Source of the DNA: an uncultured Poribacteria bacterium
Lineage (GTDB): Bacteria; Poribacteria; WGA-4E; WGA-3G
Direction: 5' to 3'
Assembly (NCBI GenBank): GCA_951813565.1
Contig: OX638351.1
Coordinates: forward strand, 288,001 to 352,000
Length of the DNA: 64,000 nt
Shown here one piece after another: positions 40,069-50,348 of this stretch. A model generated the notes under the pieces. That model did not search any database, was not told the DNA's origin, and saw only the letters and a list, made by a program, of their open reading frames with translations. The translations under genes and the position numbers were made by a program. The first letter of the stretch is position 1, and each line of letters begins with the position of its first letter.

Positions 40069-40296
40069 TTATGCATTCAAGTTCCTGTTGGCACGGCGGT
40101 AGCAATAGAAGACACTGCCTCCAATTATTCCAAAAACCGTGAACGGCATTGCCATCATAAAAAGCACACTCCAATTAAAACCTCGTGCGATCGGTTCGTC
40201 AAGATTTTTACAAGCGGGACATGCCTCAAGTGTAATCGGAATAATTAAGCCCACAATTCCAATAAGTAGAATCCATAAGAGAATTTGGCGAATCAT
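40069..40296 (-). CDS. Small exported/membrane CxxC protein
   Basis: ATG 40296 after GGAG; signal-like segment, then ACPACK and one TM. Confidence 0.65.
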   Translation of the reverse strand: MIRQILLWILLIGIVGLIIPITLEACPACKNLDEPIARGFNWSVLFMMAMPFTVFGIIGGSVFYCYRRANRNLNA

Positions 40297-40306
40297 AACA
40301 TCTCCA

Positions 40307-40900
40307 TTAAACAAGATATACCAAAACATAAAGAATCGGCCACAATGCGACCACATAAATCCAATAAATTGCACACGTTTCAACGCCAGTATGACGGACA
40401 GCTGAAAACTTGCCTGCTACTGCCTTACCAACAACAATCGCCAACCAAATGACTGCTCCTAACACGTGAACTGCATGGCATCCGATAAGTACATAAAAGA
40501 TACCGCCATATATGCCAGACTGAAGAGTCAATCCTTTATGAACAAGTTGTATCCATTCGCTTCCTTGGATTATCAGAAACAGTAGTCCTAATGCACCTGT
40601 GAACATCAACCAATTGCGGAGTTGATTTATACGATCTTGCTGAACTGCCCGTAGTGCCAGAAACATCGTATAACCGCTTATAATCAGGAGCAAGGTATTA
40701 AAACCCGTTACCAAGCGAGGTAGTTGAATGTCAGCGTGCGACAACGGCGGCCAGATGGTACTTCCCATCCGAAACACCAAAAATGCACCAATCAGACCGA
40801 CGAATAACATCGTCTCAGCACCGAGTAGGATTAAAACTCCCAATTTAGCGTTGCTCAAAGGGTGATTATCGGTAATTTCCAACTCATTATGTGCCATCAT
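40307..40900 (-). CDS. Cytochrome c oxidase subunit III family (copy 1)
   Basis: AETMLF.GL, NTLLLIISG, CHAVHV, YWIYVVALW. Confidence 0.88.
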   Translation of the reverse strand: MMAHNELEITDNHPLSNAKLGVLILLGAETMLFVGLIGAFLVFRMGSTIWPPLSHADIQLPRLVTGFNTLLLIISGYTMFLALRAVQQDRINQLRNWLMFTGALGLLFLIIQGSEWIQLVHKGLTLQSGIYGGIFYVLIGCHAVHVLGAVIWLAIVVGKAVAGKFSAVRHTGVETCAIYWIYVVALWPILYVLVYLV

Positions 40901-41148
40901 TCACGCACTCTACGGATTCTTCTCTTTACAATCTTAATAATAAATTCAACAATTGGCGCGCCTATCAGAAAGCCCCCAATGATACCGGCAATTATTGTCG
41001 TGCTCCAGTAAACTACTTTTTTAATAGGTGCGGATGCTTCAAACCCTAAAACAAGACCTAACGTTGTGATAGTGAATATGCCAACAAACACAAGACACAA
41101 TATAATGCCAACCTTGCGGTTTCGCTTTCGATTTTCCTGCTCTTCCAT
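40897..41148 (-). CDS. Small two-TM membrane protein
   Basis: 83 aa, two hydrophobic helices, AGGAG RBS, ATGA overlap downstream. Confidence 0.6.
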   Translation of the reverse strand: MEEQENRKRNRKVGIILCLVFVGIFTITTLGLVLGFEASAPIKKVVYWSTTIIAGIIGGFLIGAPIVEFIIKIVKRRIRRVRE

Positions 41149-41168
41149 TTGGGACTCCTATGATAGCA

Positions 41169-42095
41169 CTATATTTTGTCAATTGCCATTGTGATAAAGA
41201 TCAAAGGTAAATACAGTAGGGATGCGTACAGCACATATCGTGCTGCTTTTACAGAATGTGTTTTTTCTAAATAGATACCGCTTGCCAGAAACATCCCACC
41301 TGTTAGCAGCGCGCCTAAAAAATAGATTCCGCCTGCAATATTGAACAGCGTAGGAAGAAGTCCGATGCCGAATAGTGCGACACAGTTGGTTACAATCTGA
41401 CGGCGCGTACTTGCCCCGTCTGGATGGATGACGGGCAACAATTTCAACCCCGCATTTGCATAGTCTTCACGATAGATATAGGCTATTGCGAGCGAATGCG
41501 GAAGTTGCCATAGAAAGAGAATGGCAAATAATACCCATGCTGCTCCCGAAAGTGAACCTTGCGCTGCAACCCATCCAACGACAGGTGGGAGTGCCCCCGG
41601 AACTGCACCGATTAGAGTACATAATGAAGTTTTTTGCTTAAGCGGTGTATATACAAAGAGATAACTCACCACAATTAATGAAATAACAAATCCGCTTAGC
41701 GGATTTACAAGAAACGTCAGGTAAAGCATCCCGCTTCCTGTCAGGAATGCACAGAAAATCAGTGCTTCCATGGGATGTAACCTTCCTGCAGGAAGTGGTC
41801 TTTCCTGTGTCCGCGCCATCTGTGAATCTATGTCGCGTTCCAAATATTGATTTAGTCCTAAAACCCCTGCAGCTGTCAAACCAGCACCGACAAGTGTATG
41901 TAGGAAAAGCACCCAGTTGACAGCACCCTGCGTACCGAGATAAAAACCTGCAGCAGTCGTAATCAATATCATCAGGACCAATCGCGGTTTTGTGAGTTGA
42001 ATATAGTCCTCCACTCGCCTGACGAAAACTAAGGCTTTTGACGGTGGATTTGTTGCTTCTGTTTTATCTGGTAATGTTGCTATTGTTGAACGCAT
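41169..42095 (-). CDS. ctaB: Protoheme IX farnesyltransferase (heme O synthase)
   Basis: LTKPR, ERDID..MART..RPLP, YTPLK, WQLPH. Confidence 0.95.
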   Translation of the reverse strand: MRSTIATLPDKTEATNPPSKALVFVRRVEDYIQLTKPRLVLMILITTAAGFYLGTQGAVNWVLFLHTLVGAGLTAAGVLGLNQYLERDIDSQMARTQERPLPAGRLHPMEALIFCAFLTGSGMLYLTFLVNPLSGFVISLIVVSYLFVYTPLKQKTSLCTLIGAVPGALPPVVGWVAAQGSLSGAAWVLFAILFLWQLPHSLAIAYIYREDYANAGLKLLPVIHPDGASTRRQIVTNCVALFGIGLLPTLFNIAGGIYFLGALLTGGMFLASGIYLEKTHSVKAARYVLYASLLYLPLIFITMAIDKI

Positions 42096-42104
42096 TATGT
42101 TATC

Positions 42105-43046
42105 TCATTCTGTAACCAGTGAACTTGTTACAGGTGTATCTATAGAAATTGAAGTCCCTGTGAATCGGTAAATTTTCAATGTAATCACAAAACTACTCAC
42201 TAACATGAGAGCACCGACTGCTACGTGAGCAGTCGTAACAATATCTGTGAGTAGTGCTGACGCTGTCGCGCCAACGGCAGTTAATTTCGTAATATAAGCA
42301 CCGAGACCGAGCATCAACTGCACTGCAAGCAAGCCGAGCAATAGTAATGGCAATGTCTGACCAATACTTTGGGTTTCCCCACCTATACTAAAGAAACGTC
42401 TTGCCAGCAGAAAAATGTGAAGCGTTACCAAGAATGCCAAAAGAAGATGTGCGTCAAGTCTATTCCCTGTATGTCGTAAAATTGCTCCGAAGATGAGTTG
42501 AACGTATATCAAACAAGTTGTAATTAGACTCAACCTGCGCAATTTCTTTGCTGAAACGGTATCAACAGTGCTTTCAGACTGATTTTCAAACCAGTCACGG
42601 GAAGTAAACCAACATATTCCACAGAGTAATGCAAAGAACGCTTGTGCAAGGCACGCATGAACTATTGCTAAGTTAAGATTTAGCTCAGTAACCCGAAGCC
42701 CTCCGAGAAGACCCTGTACACTGACACCGATGAGGGCCGCTACCCCAAGCCATTTTATCCATCTGCGCGAATCTTTGACCATCAGCATCACAAGAAGTCC
42801 AATCGTTAACAGACCGACTAACGAACCCATCAAGCGATGGCTATGCTCATATAGGATTCCGCCTACCATTTCGGATAACGGATATAGAAACATATTGTAC
42901 CCGAAGGTTGTTGGCCAATCTGGTACTGCCAATCCCGATTCAGTGCTTGTTACAATCCCTCCAATAACAATCAACAGAAACGTTGCACCTGCGGTGAGCA
43001 ATGCTATCCGATGTAGCCACGGACTATAGCTAAGTTGTTTCTTCAT
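42105..43046 (-). CDS. ctaA: Heme A synthase (COX15/CtaA)
   Basis: SGLAVPDWP, EHSHR, HACLAQ, RH, H ligands. Confidence 0.9.
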   Translation of the reverse strand: MKKQLSYSPWLHRIALLTAGATFLLIVIGGIVTSTESGLAVPDWPTTFGYNMFLYPLSEMVGGILYEHSHRLMGSLVGLLTIGLLVMLMVKDSRRWIKWLGVAALIGVSVQGLLGGLRVTELNLNLAIVHACLAQAFFALLCGICWFTSRDWFENQSESTVDTVSAKKLRRLSLITTCLIYVQLIFGAILRHTGNRLDAHLLLAFLVTLHIFLLARRFFSIGGETQSIGQTLPLLLLGLLAVQLMLGLGAYITKLTAVGATASALLTDIVTTAHVAVGALMLVSSFVITLKIYRFTGTSISIDTPVTSSLVTE

Positions 43047-43106
43047 GTTAAGTCTTCATAGGTGCGGTTAGAAACCGCACCTACCGGTAGAAACTGCTTA
43101 TACTAA

Positions 43107-45074
43107 CTAATCTCCAGCACTTGCTGGTGCATGTTCAGGTTGTGCTTGCGGAATAAAATCAGATTCTTCGCCGGGGACGCTGTATTCATAAGGACCACGA
43201 TAAACAGTTGGAATCTGAGCAAAATTGCCGTGTGGCACTGGCGTCGGTGCCTCCCATTCCAACGTATTGACATTCCACGGGTTCTTTTCAGCGACCTTAC
43301 CACGATATATGCTCCAGACAAAATTGAAGACAAGTATCAATTGCACAAAACCGAGCGTAAACGCACTCATCGTGATAAAGAGGTTCATTCCTTCAAAGGT
43401 TTGCAGGTACTCATACTGCATCGGGTTAGAAATGCGCCGCATGTGTCCACCTACACCCAGAATGTGCATTGGGAAGAAAGTACAGTTAAAGGCTATGAAG
43501 GTCAACCAAAAATGAATTTTGGACAACATATCGTTCATATAACGCCCATACATCTTCGGGAACCAGAAGATAATACCGCCAAAAATAGCAAACAGGCTTC
43601 CCCCAAAAACGACATAGTGAATATGCGCTACAATGTAATAAGTATCGTGTATGTATATATCAACTGGCGTATTTGCCATGTAGATGCCGCTTAGCCCACC
43701 GATTACGAACATAGATACAAAGGCGATAGCATGAAGCATCGGTGTTGTAAATCGGATTGAACCGCGGAACATCGTACCAAGCCAGTTAAAGGTCTTAATG
43801 GCAGAAGGCACTGCAATTAGCATTGTTGTTGTCATGAAGAATGCCCCCATGCCGGGACGCATTCCACTTTGGAACATATGATGCCCCCAAACAACCCATC
43901 CCAAAAATGCAATCGCAATCATAGCGTATACCATAGAGCGGTAACCAAAAATCGGTTTTCGTGAAAAAACTGCTACCAATTCGGAAGCAATTCCCATTCC
44001 CGGTAAAATAAGGATGTACACTTCGGGGTGCCCAAAGAACCAGAACAGGTGTTGCCACAGAAGCGGGTCCCCACCGCCTTCAACTGTTGAAGTGAAGAAC
44101 GTCGTTCCCGCAAGTCTATCAAAGATGAGAAGAGCCAAAGCGGAAGAGAATACGGGAAAAGCGAGGAGCAACAAGATTGCAACGATAAATAGGGACCAGA
44201 TAACCAACGGTAGTCGTAACCACGTCATTCCTGGTGCACGCATGTTTATAACGGTGGTAATATAATTAATTGAACCGACTAAAGAGGAGAATCCCTGAAT
44301 CAACAAACTGATTGCCCATAGGTTGAGGCCCCAGTTGACACCGGTCCACTGTGGGTCAGTTGATAGCGGTGCATATCCTGTCCAGCCTGCTGCAGCGTGT
44401 CCACCCGGAACGAAAAACCCGGCTGCCATTATAACTGCTGCAAGCACGGCAAGCCAAAAAGAGAGCATGTTGAGGACAGGAAATGCCATATCCCGCGTGC
44501 CAATCATCAGAGGGATCAAAAAATTTCCGAACGCACCCACCAGAATTGGAACAACGACGAAGAAGACCATGATAGTAGCATGCATCGTAAACAGCATGTT
44601 GTAGAAATGCGGTTCAATAAAACCACTCGGCATGTTTACTTCAAGCCCTTCCTCTTTCTCTGAGTCGTAAATCCGCTCCCACATTTTATCAGCACCGGTA
44701 ACAACCTCTCCATCATCAATATACTTTTGAGAAGCACCAATGATAGGTAAAGGTTTTGCGGCCTTCGCGGGTTTCCCGCCTTCCAGTTCAGGTGTTTCGG
44801 GGTAAGCAAGTTGCCATCTAAAAAGCAGGGCAAGCCCGCCTCCAACAAATAGCATGATCAGTCCATAGATTAGGAACTGCTTTCCGATCATCTTATGATC
44901 AAGCGAAAAGATATATTTGCGAATAAAACTCTCTTCATGATGTGCATGTGCGTGGTGTTCGTCATCGTCATGCTCATGTGTGTGTTCTATAGTATCGTTA
45001 TCGTCATGTGCATGTGCATGATCGTGATGTTCGTCATCGTCATGTTCATGTGATATATTTTCGTTTTCTTGCAT
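43107..45074 (-). CDS. ctaD: Heme-copper oxidase subunit I, A1 type, with His/Asp-rich N-terminus
   Basis: DHK.IG, TMHA, WFFGHPEVY, WGHHMF, HDTYYIVAHIHYV, MRR; ATG 45074 after AAAGGAG. Confidence 0.95.
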   Translation of the reverse strand: MQENENISHEHDDDEHHDHAHAHDDNDTIEHTHEHDDDEHHAHAHHEESFIRKYIFSLDHKMIGKQFLIYGLIMLFVGGGLALLFRWQLAYPETPELEGGKPAKAAKPLPIIGASQKYIDDGEVVTGADKMWERIYDSEKEEGLEVNMPSGFIEPHFYNMLFTMHATIMVFFVVVPILVGAFGNFLIPLMIGTRDMAFPVLNMLSFWLAVLAAVIMAAGFFVPGGHAAAGWTGYAPLSTDPQWTGVNWGLNLWAISLLIQGFSSLVGSINYITTVINMRAPGMTWLRLPLVIWSLFIVAILLLLAFPVFSSALALLIFDRLAGTTFFTSTVEGGGDPLLWQHLFWFFGHPEVYILILPGMGIASELVAVFSRKPIFGYRSMVYAMIAIAFLGWVVWGHHMFQSGMRPGMGAFFMTTTMLIAVPSAIKTFNWLGTMFRGSIRFTTPMLHAIAFVSMFVIGGLSGIYMANTPVDIYIHDTYYIVAHIHYVVFGGSLFAIFGGIIFWFPKMYGRYMNDMLSKIHFWLTFIAFNCTFFPMHILGVGGHMRRISNPMQYEYLQTFEGMNLFITMSAFTLGFVQLILVFNFVWSIYRGKVAEKNPWNVNTLEWEAPTPVPHGNFAQIPTVYRGPYEYSVPGEESDFIPQAQPEHAPASAGD

Positions 45075-45143
45075 CTTTATTTTTTCTCCTTTCACGACCC
45101 TGCAATTAGGAATTGCGATTTCTTCAGGCCGCTCTGATGTTGC

Positions 45144-45806
45144 TTACTCAGGCCACTGTTCCGCGACCCATGCATCATATTCTTCTTGTGTTTGCACAAT
45201 GAGATATCCGAGCATGCCTGAGTGTCCAAATCCACAGAGTTCGGCACATGGAATTTCATAACGACCCGTCTTTATTGCCTGAAACTTTAAAGTGTCAATA
45301 GGAGGCCGATTTGGTAAAGCGTCCTGTTTCTGGCGCAAATTAGGTATAAAAAAACTGTGAATTACATCTTTAGACGTTAGCAGGATTTGCACAACCTTGT
45401 TTACTGGCACATACAATTCATTTTCTAATTCCAGATCGTCTTCTGTTCCTAATTCATTGTCTGGACCGGGGTAGATCATATACCAGTTAAACTGTTCACC
45501 TCGTACCTGAACAACATAATCAGGATTTTCAGCAGGTGATTTAAGGTTGTTCCACTCTGGGAAGCTGAGCATTGCCAATCCAAACACAATCACTGTAGTT
45601 ACAGCTGTCCAGATGATTTCAAGTTTCGTACTTCCTTCAATGTATTCAGCGCGGTGTCCTGCTCGATGACGGTACTTAATCAAAAACATGATTAGAGTCC
45701 CGATCACAAGGACAAACACCACCACAGTAATCCAATAGATGAGTGCAAAGAGGGTATCAACACCTTGTGCGAACGTTGATATGTTCTCTGGTAGCCATCC
45801 AAGCAT
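45144..45806 (-). CDS. ctaC: Cytochrome c oxidase subunit II (CuA)
   Basis: LEIIWT, DVIHSF, CAELCGFGHSGM; no fused cytochrome c. Confidence 0.95.
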   Translation of the reverse strand: MLGWLPENISTFAQGVDTLFALIYWITVVVFVLVIGTLIMFLIKYRHRAGHRAEYIEGSTKLEIIWTAVTTVIVFGLAMLSFPEWNNLKSPAENPDYVVQVRGEQFNWYMIYPGPDNELGTEDDLELENELYVPVNKVVQILLTSKDVIHSFFIPNLRQKQDALPNRPPIDTLKFQAIKTGRYEIPCAELCGFGHSGMLGYLIVQTQEEYDAWVAEQWPE

Positions 45807-45844
45807 TCATTTCTCCTTTTTCAAAATCGTTGATAGGATATTCG

Positions 45845-46639
45845 TTAGGCGTACTTTTTCTTTGTTTCTGCAAAAGCAGTAAGTGTAGCACCCAAGTAAG
45901 TCAATAAACAAAATAGCGATGTAATCAATAGAGAAAGTGTCCACGTCGGCATGTTGCCGATTGTTGTTTCAGTATCAAAGTAGAGACTTCGCCGAAAAGC
46001 AGCGACTCCATAGGTTAAAGGATTTAGTTTCATTATCCACGCTAACCAACCGGGTGCCCCATTACTTGGGAAAAAAGCGCCAGACAGCAGCCAAATCGGT
46101 ATGAGTATTAGGTTCATAATCGCATGAAAGCCTTGCGTAGAGTCCATCCGCCATGCGATAAGCAGACCGAGATTCGTCAAGCCAAACGCCAATAGCGTCA
46201 TTACGCCTAACGTGAGAATTAAGGAGACAATCCCGAATTGTATACCAATGAAGGGTGCGAAGAATAGTAATAACACACCCTGCAAAAGTGCTAAGGTCGT
46301 TCCACCTAATGCTTGTCCAAGGACAATACTCCATCTTGCCACAGGTGCTACAAGCACACCCTGCAGGAAACCTTCGCGCCGTTCATTCACAACAGAGATT
46401 GTAGCGAAAATAGCAGTAAAAAGCAAGACTAAAACGACAATTCCAGGATAAAAGTATTCAATATATCCGGGTTTCTCTGCTATTTCAGAAGGTTGAAATG
46501 AAGCACTCAAACCACTTCCGATTAGAACCCAAAATACCAAGGGCTGTGCGATTGCACTAAAGAGGCGACTCCGTTGTCTATAAAACCTGATGATTTCACG
46601 CCACCAAATTGTTGTAACTGGTAGCAGAACGCTAATCAA
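45845..46639 (-). CDS. ABC-2 type transporter permease
   Basis: ERREGFL..VLVAPV.R, LSGAFFP, NPLTY. Confidence 0.9.
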   Translation of the reverse strand: MISVLLPVTTIWWREIIRFYRQRSRLFSAIAQPLVFWVLIGSGLSASFQPSEIAEKPGYIEYFYPGIVVLVLLFTAIFATISVVNERREGFLQGVLVAPVARWSIVLGQALGGTTLALLQGVLLLFFAPFIGIQFGIVSLILTLGVMTLLAFGLTNLGLLIAWRMDSTQGFHAIMNLILIPIWLLSGAFFPSNGAPGWLAWIMKLNPLTYGVAAFRRSLYFDTETTIGNMPTWTLSLLITSLFCLLTYLGATLTAFAETKKKYA

Positions 46640-46715
46640 ACCGTTCTTCCTCTACACCATAAGTGAGTGCTGTATTCACATCGATCGGGGTTACAAACTC
46701 CTCCCACAAGAGTGC

Positions 46716-47636
46716 TTACACAAACGGGTTTCCTGTTAGCTTAATGAAAACGTCCTCTAATGTCGGTTTTCCGAACCGCACAGTCTGAATCTCATCTGGA
46801 AAAGCGGCTACCACATCCCGAACAAACTCATGCCCACGTTCACATTCTATATGTAAGTAATTATCAGTTAAAATCGGGAAAACCTCAAATTGGTCAGCTA
46901 TTGCGCTACAGAGTTCTTCACCTTTTTCAGTCTCAATCAACACAACATCACCACCAATTTGCGCCTTAAGTTCGTCAGGAGTTCCAAGCGCAACCAATCT
47001 CCCTGAATCCAAAATACCGACCCGGTTACATGACTCTGCCTCATCCATTAGATGCGTTGTTAGCAGAACAAGGATATTTTCTGTCTCTACAAGTGAACTC
47101 AGATAGTCACTGAGTTGTCGACGAACACCTACATCCAACCCGCTGCTTGGTTCATCAAGCAGCAAAACCTGTGGTGAATGAAGCATTGCTTTGGCAATTT
47201 CTACCCGCCTTTGTAAACCCCCAGATAATTCTTCTACCACGTCATGTGATCTATCACTGATTCCAAATCGTTCTATTAGTTCAGAAATTCTGAGTTTCAG
47301 GCTTTTGCCTTTGAGTCCATAGAGATGTCCGTGATGTCGTAAATTCTCTGTAACAGTGAGTTTGGCATCTAATCCTGGACGTTGAAAAACAACCCCTAAT
47401 AATTTTCGAATCGCTTTCGCGTCAACGCCTAAGTTGTGTCCGAGAATGTTAACACTCCCCGACGTTGACGGCATGAGTGTAGACAGAATCTTAAAAAGGG
47501 TTGTTTTTCCACTACCGTTTGGACCGAGTAGGCAAAAAATCTCGCCTTGCGATACGGTGAAACTAACATTATCTAAAGCACACCGAGTGCCGTAGTTGTG
47601 CGTCAGTTTTCCGACCGTAACCCCATTTTTACTCAC
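46716..47636 (-). CDS. ABC transporter ATP-binding protein (DrrA-like)
   Basis: GPNGSGKT, LSGG, LLDEP, TTH, PTLEDVF. Confidence 0.93.
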   Translation of the reverse strand: MSKNGVTVGKLTHNYGTRCALDNVSFTVSQGEIFCLLGPNGSGKTTLFKILSTLMPSTSGSVNILGHNLGVDAKAIRKLLGVVFQRPGLDAKLTVTENLRHHGHLYGLKGKSLKLRISELIERFGISDRSHDVVEELSGGLQRRVEIAKAMLHSPQVLLLDEPSSGLDVGVRRQLSDYLSSLVETENILVLLTTHLMDEAESCNRVGILDSGRLVALGTPDELKAQIGGDVVLIETEKGEELCSAIADQFEVFPILTDNYLHIECERGHEFVRDVVAAFPDEIQTVRFGKPTLEDVFIKLTGNPFV

Positions 47637-48429
47637 TGGACTCTTTGAGTTTTAATGTGAAATCTTGTTTGACTTCCCCACCCGCAGCGACGGTGACTTT
47701 AACAGGCTCTTTGTTATTAGTACCACATGCTTCGTGCCAATATCCTAATTTATAGTCTCCCGGGGGAACATCTTCAAGCGTGAATTCACCCTTTTCGTTT
47801 GTCACAGCAAAATAGGGATGCGGTACATAAGCAACCCATGCCCTCATCCATCCATGGATATCACATTTGACTTCAACCGGACCTTCCGCACCCTTAGCAC
47901 CAGTGAGGCGCATTCTTTTCCGGTTCTTTGTTTGCTGTTTGTTTACTGAGGTGTTATTCTTTGATGTCCCGAAGATATGCACATTGTGCGTTGCCTTGTC
48001 GTTGTTCAATACCGTCAGGCTTTGACCAACAGGAATGACCTGCACATGCGGGTTGAATCGGCAATTCTTCTGATCAATTTCCGGTTTCGCTTCCTTGTCG
48101 AAATCTTTACCTTGTGAAATGTCCATCAGATAAACAATTGTATTTTTCAATACGTTACCTTCACCGACGACAAGCGTTTCATCAAACTTATCAGTAACAC
48201 CACAAACTGCTTGGTCTTTTGTGATTTCCAGTTTTTTCATTTCGGGCACTTCGCCTTCAAACTTTACGACACCACTAATTTTACCACCGTCTTTAACAGC
48301 CATGGTTTTATATGCTTTAGGAAAAACAAGTTTGTTCATTTCCTCTTCTTCATGATTGTCTGCAAATACAAACAGACCGAAACCACATGCAAGAAGAAGG
48401 ATGAGACATGTCAACATTTTCGTTTTCAT
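47629..48429 (-). CDS. Secreted cupredoxin-like / carboxypeptidase-regulatory-like domain protein (paralog B)
   Basis: Signal peptide; DQKNC.F.PHV, HNVH, CDIHGWM, HPYFAVT, VPPG.Y....WHE. Confidence 0.75.
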   Translation of the reverse strand: MKTKMLTCLILLLACGFGLFVFADNHEEEEMNKLVFPKAYKTMAVKDGGKISGVVKFEGEVPEMKKLEITKDQAVCGVTDKFDETLVVGEGNVLKNTIVYLMDISQGKDFDKEAKPEIDQKNCRFNPHVQVIPVGQSLTVLNNDKATHNVHIFGTSKNNTSVNKQQTKNRKRMRLTGAKGAEGPVEVKCDIHGWMRAWVAYVPHPYFAVTNEKGEFTLEDVPPGDYKLGYWHEACGTNNKEPVKVTVAAGGEVKQDFTLKLKESSE

Positions 48430-48451
48430 TTTTTTATCTCCTTATATAATT

Positions 48452-48586
48452 TATAGTAAATTATGTAAATAAGTTCACATATATTCTGTAGGAGCGATCT
48501 CCGAATCGCGACGAAACCACTAATAGTCGGGAATCGGAGTTCCCTCGGACAGCTCATATGTCCAGTTAATTGTAGAATCCACTATA
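48452..48586. mobile_element. 135-bp MITE-like element, copy 2
   Basis: TATAGT...ACTATA termini; inverted near-identical copy of 24689-24823. Confidence 0.8.
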
Positions 48587-48631
48587 AAGGTTTATGAGGC
48601 AACGCTGCCTCACTATTTTGCTTCTATAGAA

Positions 48632-50347
48632 TTACGCATTTCTTTGGCGTACAAACTGTCGTAATCCGACCAACAGACCGAACGAGAGAAGTGCCACTAA
48701 CGGGGGATAAATAAATCTTCTTGATGAGGGTACAGGTTCTAATACAAAACTGTACCAACTTGAGATAACTCGTTTCGTATCAACGTCCCCATTTGCACCA
48801 TCCCATGCTGAAAAAGCAATAGGAACAAATACATCAGATTCAAGCTGCAGATCTTTCTTATCATCCGTTTTTAACGCACGTTTGACCCATAATCTGTACT
48901 GTCCATCAGTGTATTCGCTTTCTGCTTCAATGTTACCTTGGACTTCCTGAACTTCAGCTTTGTTGATGCCTTTCGCTGTGAGTTCTGTAACCTTCTCGGC
49001 ATCAGATGCTTTCCAGTGCCATAGATAGACAGGTAGTTTTCCACCCCAAAGGAAATAAGGCTTTGGTGCAGTGGGGCCCTTCGGCACTTTCACAGGAAAT
49101 TGGATTGCAATTGCGTCCTCAAACGTTGTTCCAGTATCTTCGTCCTCTTCAACTTCGGTATTATGTGTTCGGTCATCCCATGTGAAGAGGAAGGCGACCT
49201 CTGTGTCATTGTAAAATGATTTGACATTAACTGAGTCAATCGTAGGATTAAACTGCCGAGGTTCAACAATTATTTGTCCGACAAGAGGAAAGTAACTTGA
49301 TTCAAGTGTTTCCCAAGCTGCATCAGCCATCTGAGGCAACTCGCCTACTACATATTGTGACCGAAGGACGTTTTTGCCAATCGCTGGCTCCGGTCTTTTT
49401 TCAGGAGAAAGGGATTTAACATAGTTCGCCAGATGCCAACTTTTACTGTAAAACGCCTTCATGGCTGTCGCATAGGCTTGTTTCTGTTGTTCATCTGCGC
49501 TGCCTTCTGCCATAAGGTCTAAGATTTCAAAAGCATTACCCATTTTTTCATCAAGTTGATTATATTCTTCTTCCTCAGCCTCTGTCATTTCGACTTTATT
49601 GTCCAATTCGTTATAACGTTTGGATTCTTCTATAGTTAAGCCGAAAGCAGGGTCTTCAAACATGGGCATGGCGGAGCCTGCAATTCCACCGATAAACCGC
49701 TTGTAAATGTCGTCGATATCGCTACCGCCTCTGTAGTTCCAACTTTGTGTAAGATTTGCTGGCCAACTCTTGAAACCCCACTCATCTTCCAAGGTTGGTG
49801 CGGATGTGCCATCGCCACGACCTAAATTACCATGGCATTCAAAACAGGCGAATTGCGTGTAAAGCACCTTCCCAATTTCTACACTCTCTTCAGCGTAAGG
49901 AATTTTACCTTCTAAACTGATTTGGCGCGGTGGTGTTTCACTTTCTTTGAAGCCATCATAGAAGGTTTTTATGTATGCCACCACTTCCCAACGGTCATTG
50001 GCACTGAGTGCAGTTTCCCACTCTGGCATTGACGAACCGGGCATACCTATGGTAATAATATCAAATAGGTCCTGATCCGTTGGAAGTTCTCCGCTTTCTG
50101 TAGACCGAATCTTATACAACCCACGAGTGAAATCTCTTGGTTGCGGTAAAAGATTTTCTGCTGCACTACCATCCCCGCGTCCTTCCGTACCGTGGCAGTG
50201 TGCGCAACTTTCTTCATAGACCTCTTTTCCTGCAGCAACTTTTTTTGCTTCCTCGGAATCGTCTGGTGTGTCCTGCGCAAAAGTTAGGGATAAAAAAGAG
50301 AGTAGACCTAAAATAAGGATTAAGAGGACAATATTTCTGCTTCTCAT
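48632..50347 (-). CDS. Diheme cytochrome c fused to an ethylbenzene-dehydrogenase-gamma (EB_dh/DOMON-like) domain, C-terminal TM
   Basis: CAHCH and CFECH; PRDFTRG.YK.RST; F.WDD.T, DAIAIQFP, PYF, W.WK, FSAWDG. Confidence 0.8.
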   Translation of the reverse strand: MRSRNIVLLILILGLLSFLSLTFAQDTPDDSEEAKKVAAGKEVYEESCAHCHGTEGRGDGSAAENLLPQPRDFTRGLYKIRSTESGELPTDQDLFDIITIGMPGSSMPEWETALSANDRWEVVAYIKTFYDGFKESETPPRQISLEGKIPYAEESVEIGKVLYTQFACFECHGNLGRGDGTSAPTLEDEWGFKSWPANLTQSWNYRGGSDIDDIYKRFIGGIAGSAMPMFEDPAFGLTIEESKRYNELDNKVEMTEAEEEEYNQLDEKMGNAFEILDLMAEGSADEQQKQAYATAMKAFYSKSWHLANYVKSLSPEKRPEPAIGKNVLRSQYVVGELPQMADAAWETLESSYFPLVGQIIVEPRQFNPTIDSVNVKSFYNDTEVAFLFTWDDRTHNTEVEEDEDTGTTFEDAIAIQFPVKVPKGPTAPKPYFLWGGKLPVYLWHWKASDAEKVTELTAKGINKAEVQEVQGNIEAESEYTDGQYRLWVKRALKTDDKKDLQLESDVFVPIAFSAWDGANGDVDTKRVISSWYSFVLEPVPSSRRFIYPPLVALLSFGLLVGLRQFVRQRNA

Positions 50348-50348
50348 T

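Noticed and set aside
48632..50347. Nitrite oxidoreductase or ethylbenzene dehydrogenase call
   Set aside because: Only a gamma-like domain is present; no molybdopterin alpha or Fe-S beta subunit is in the window.
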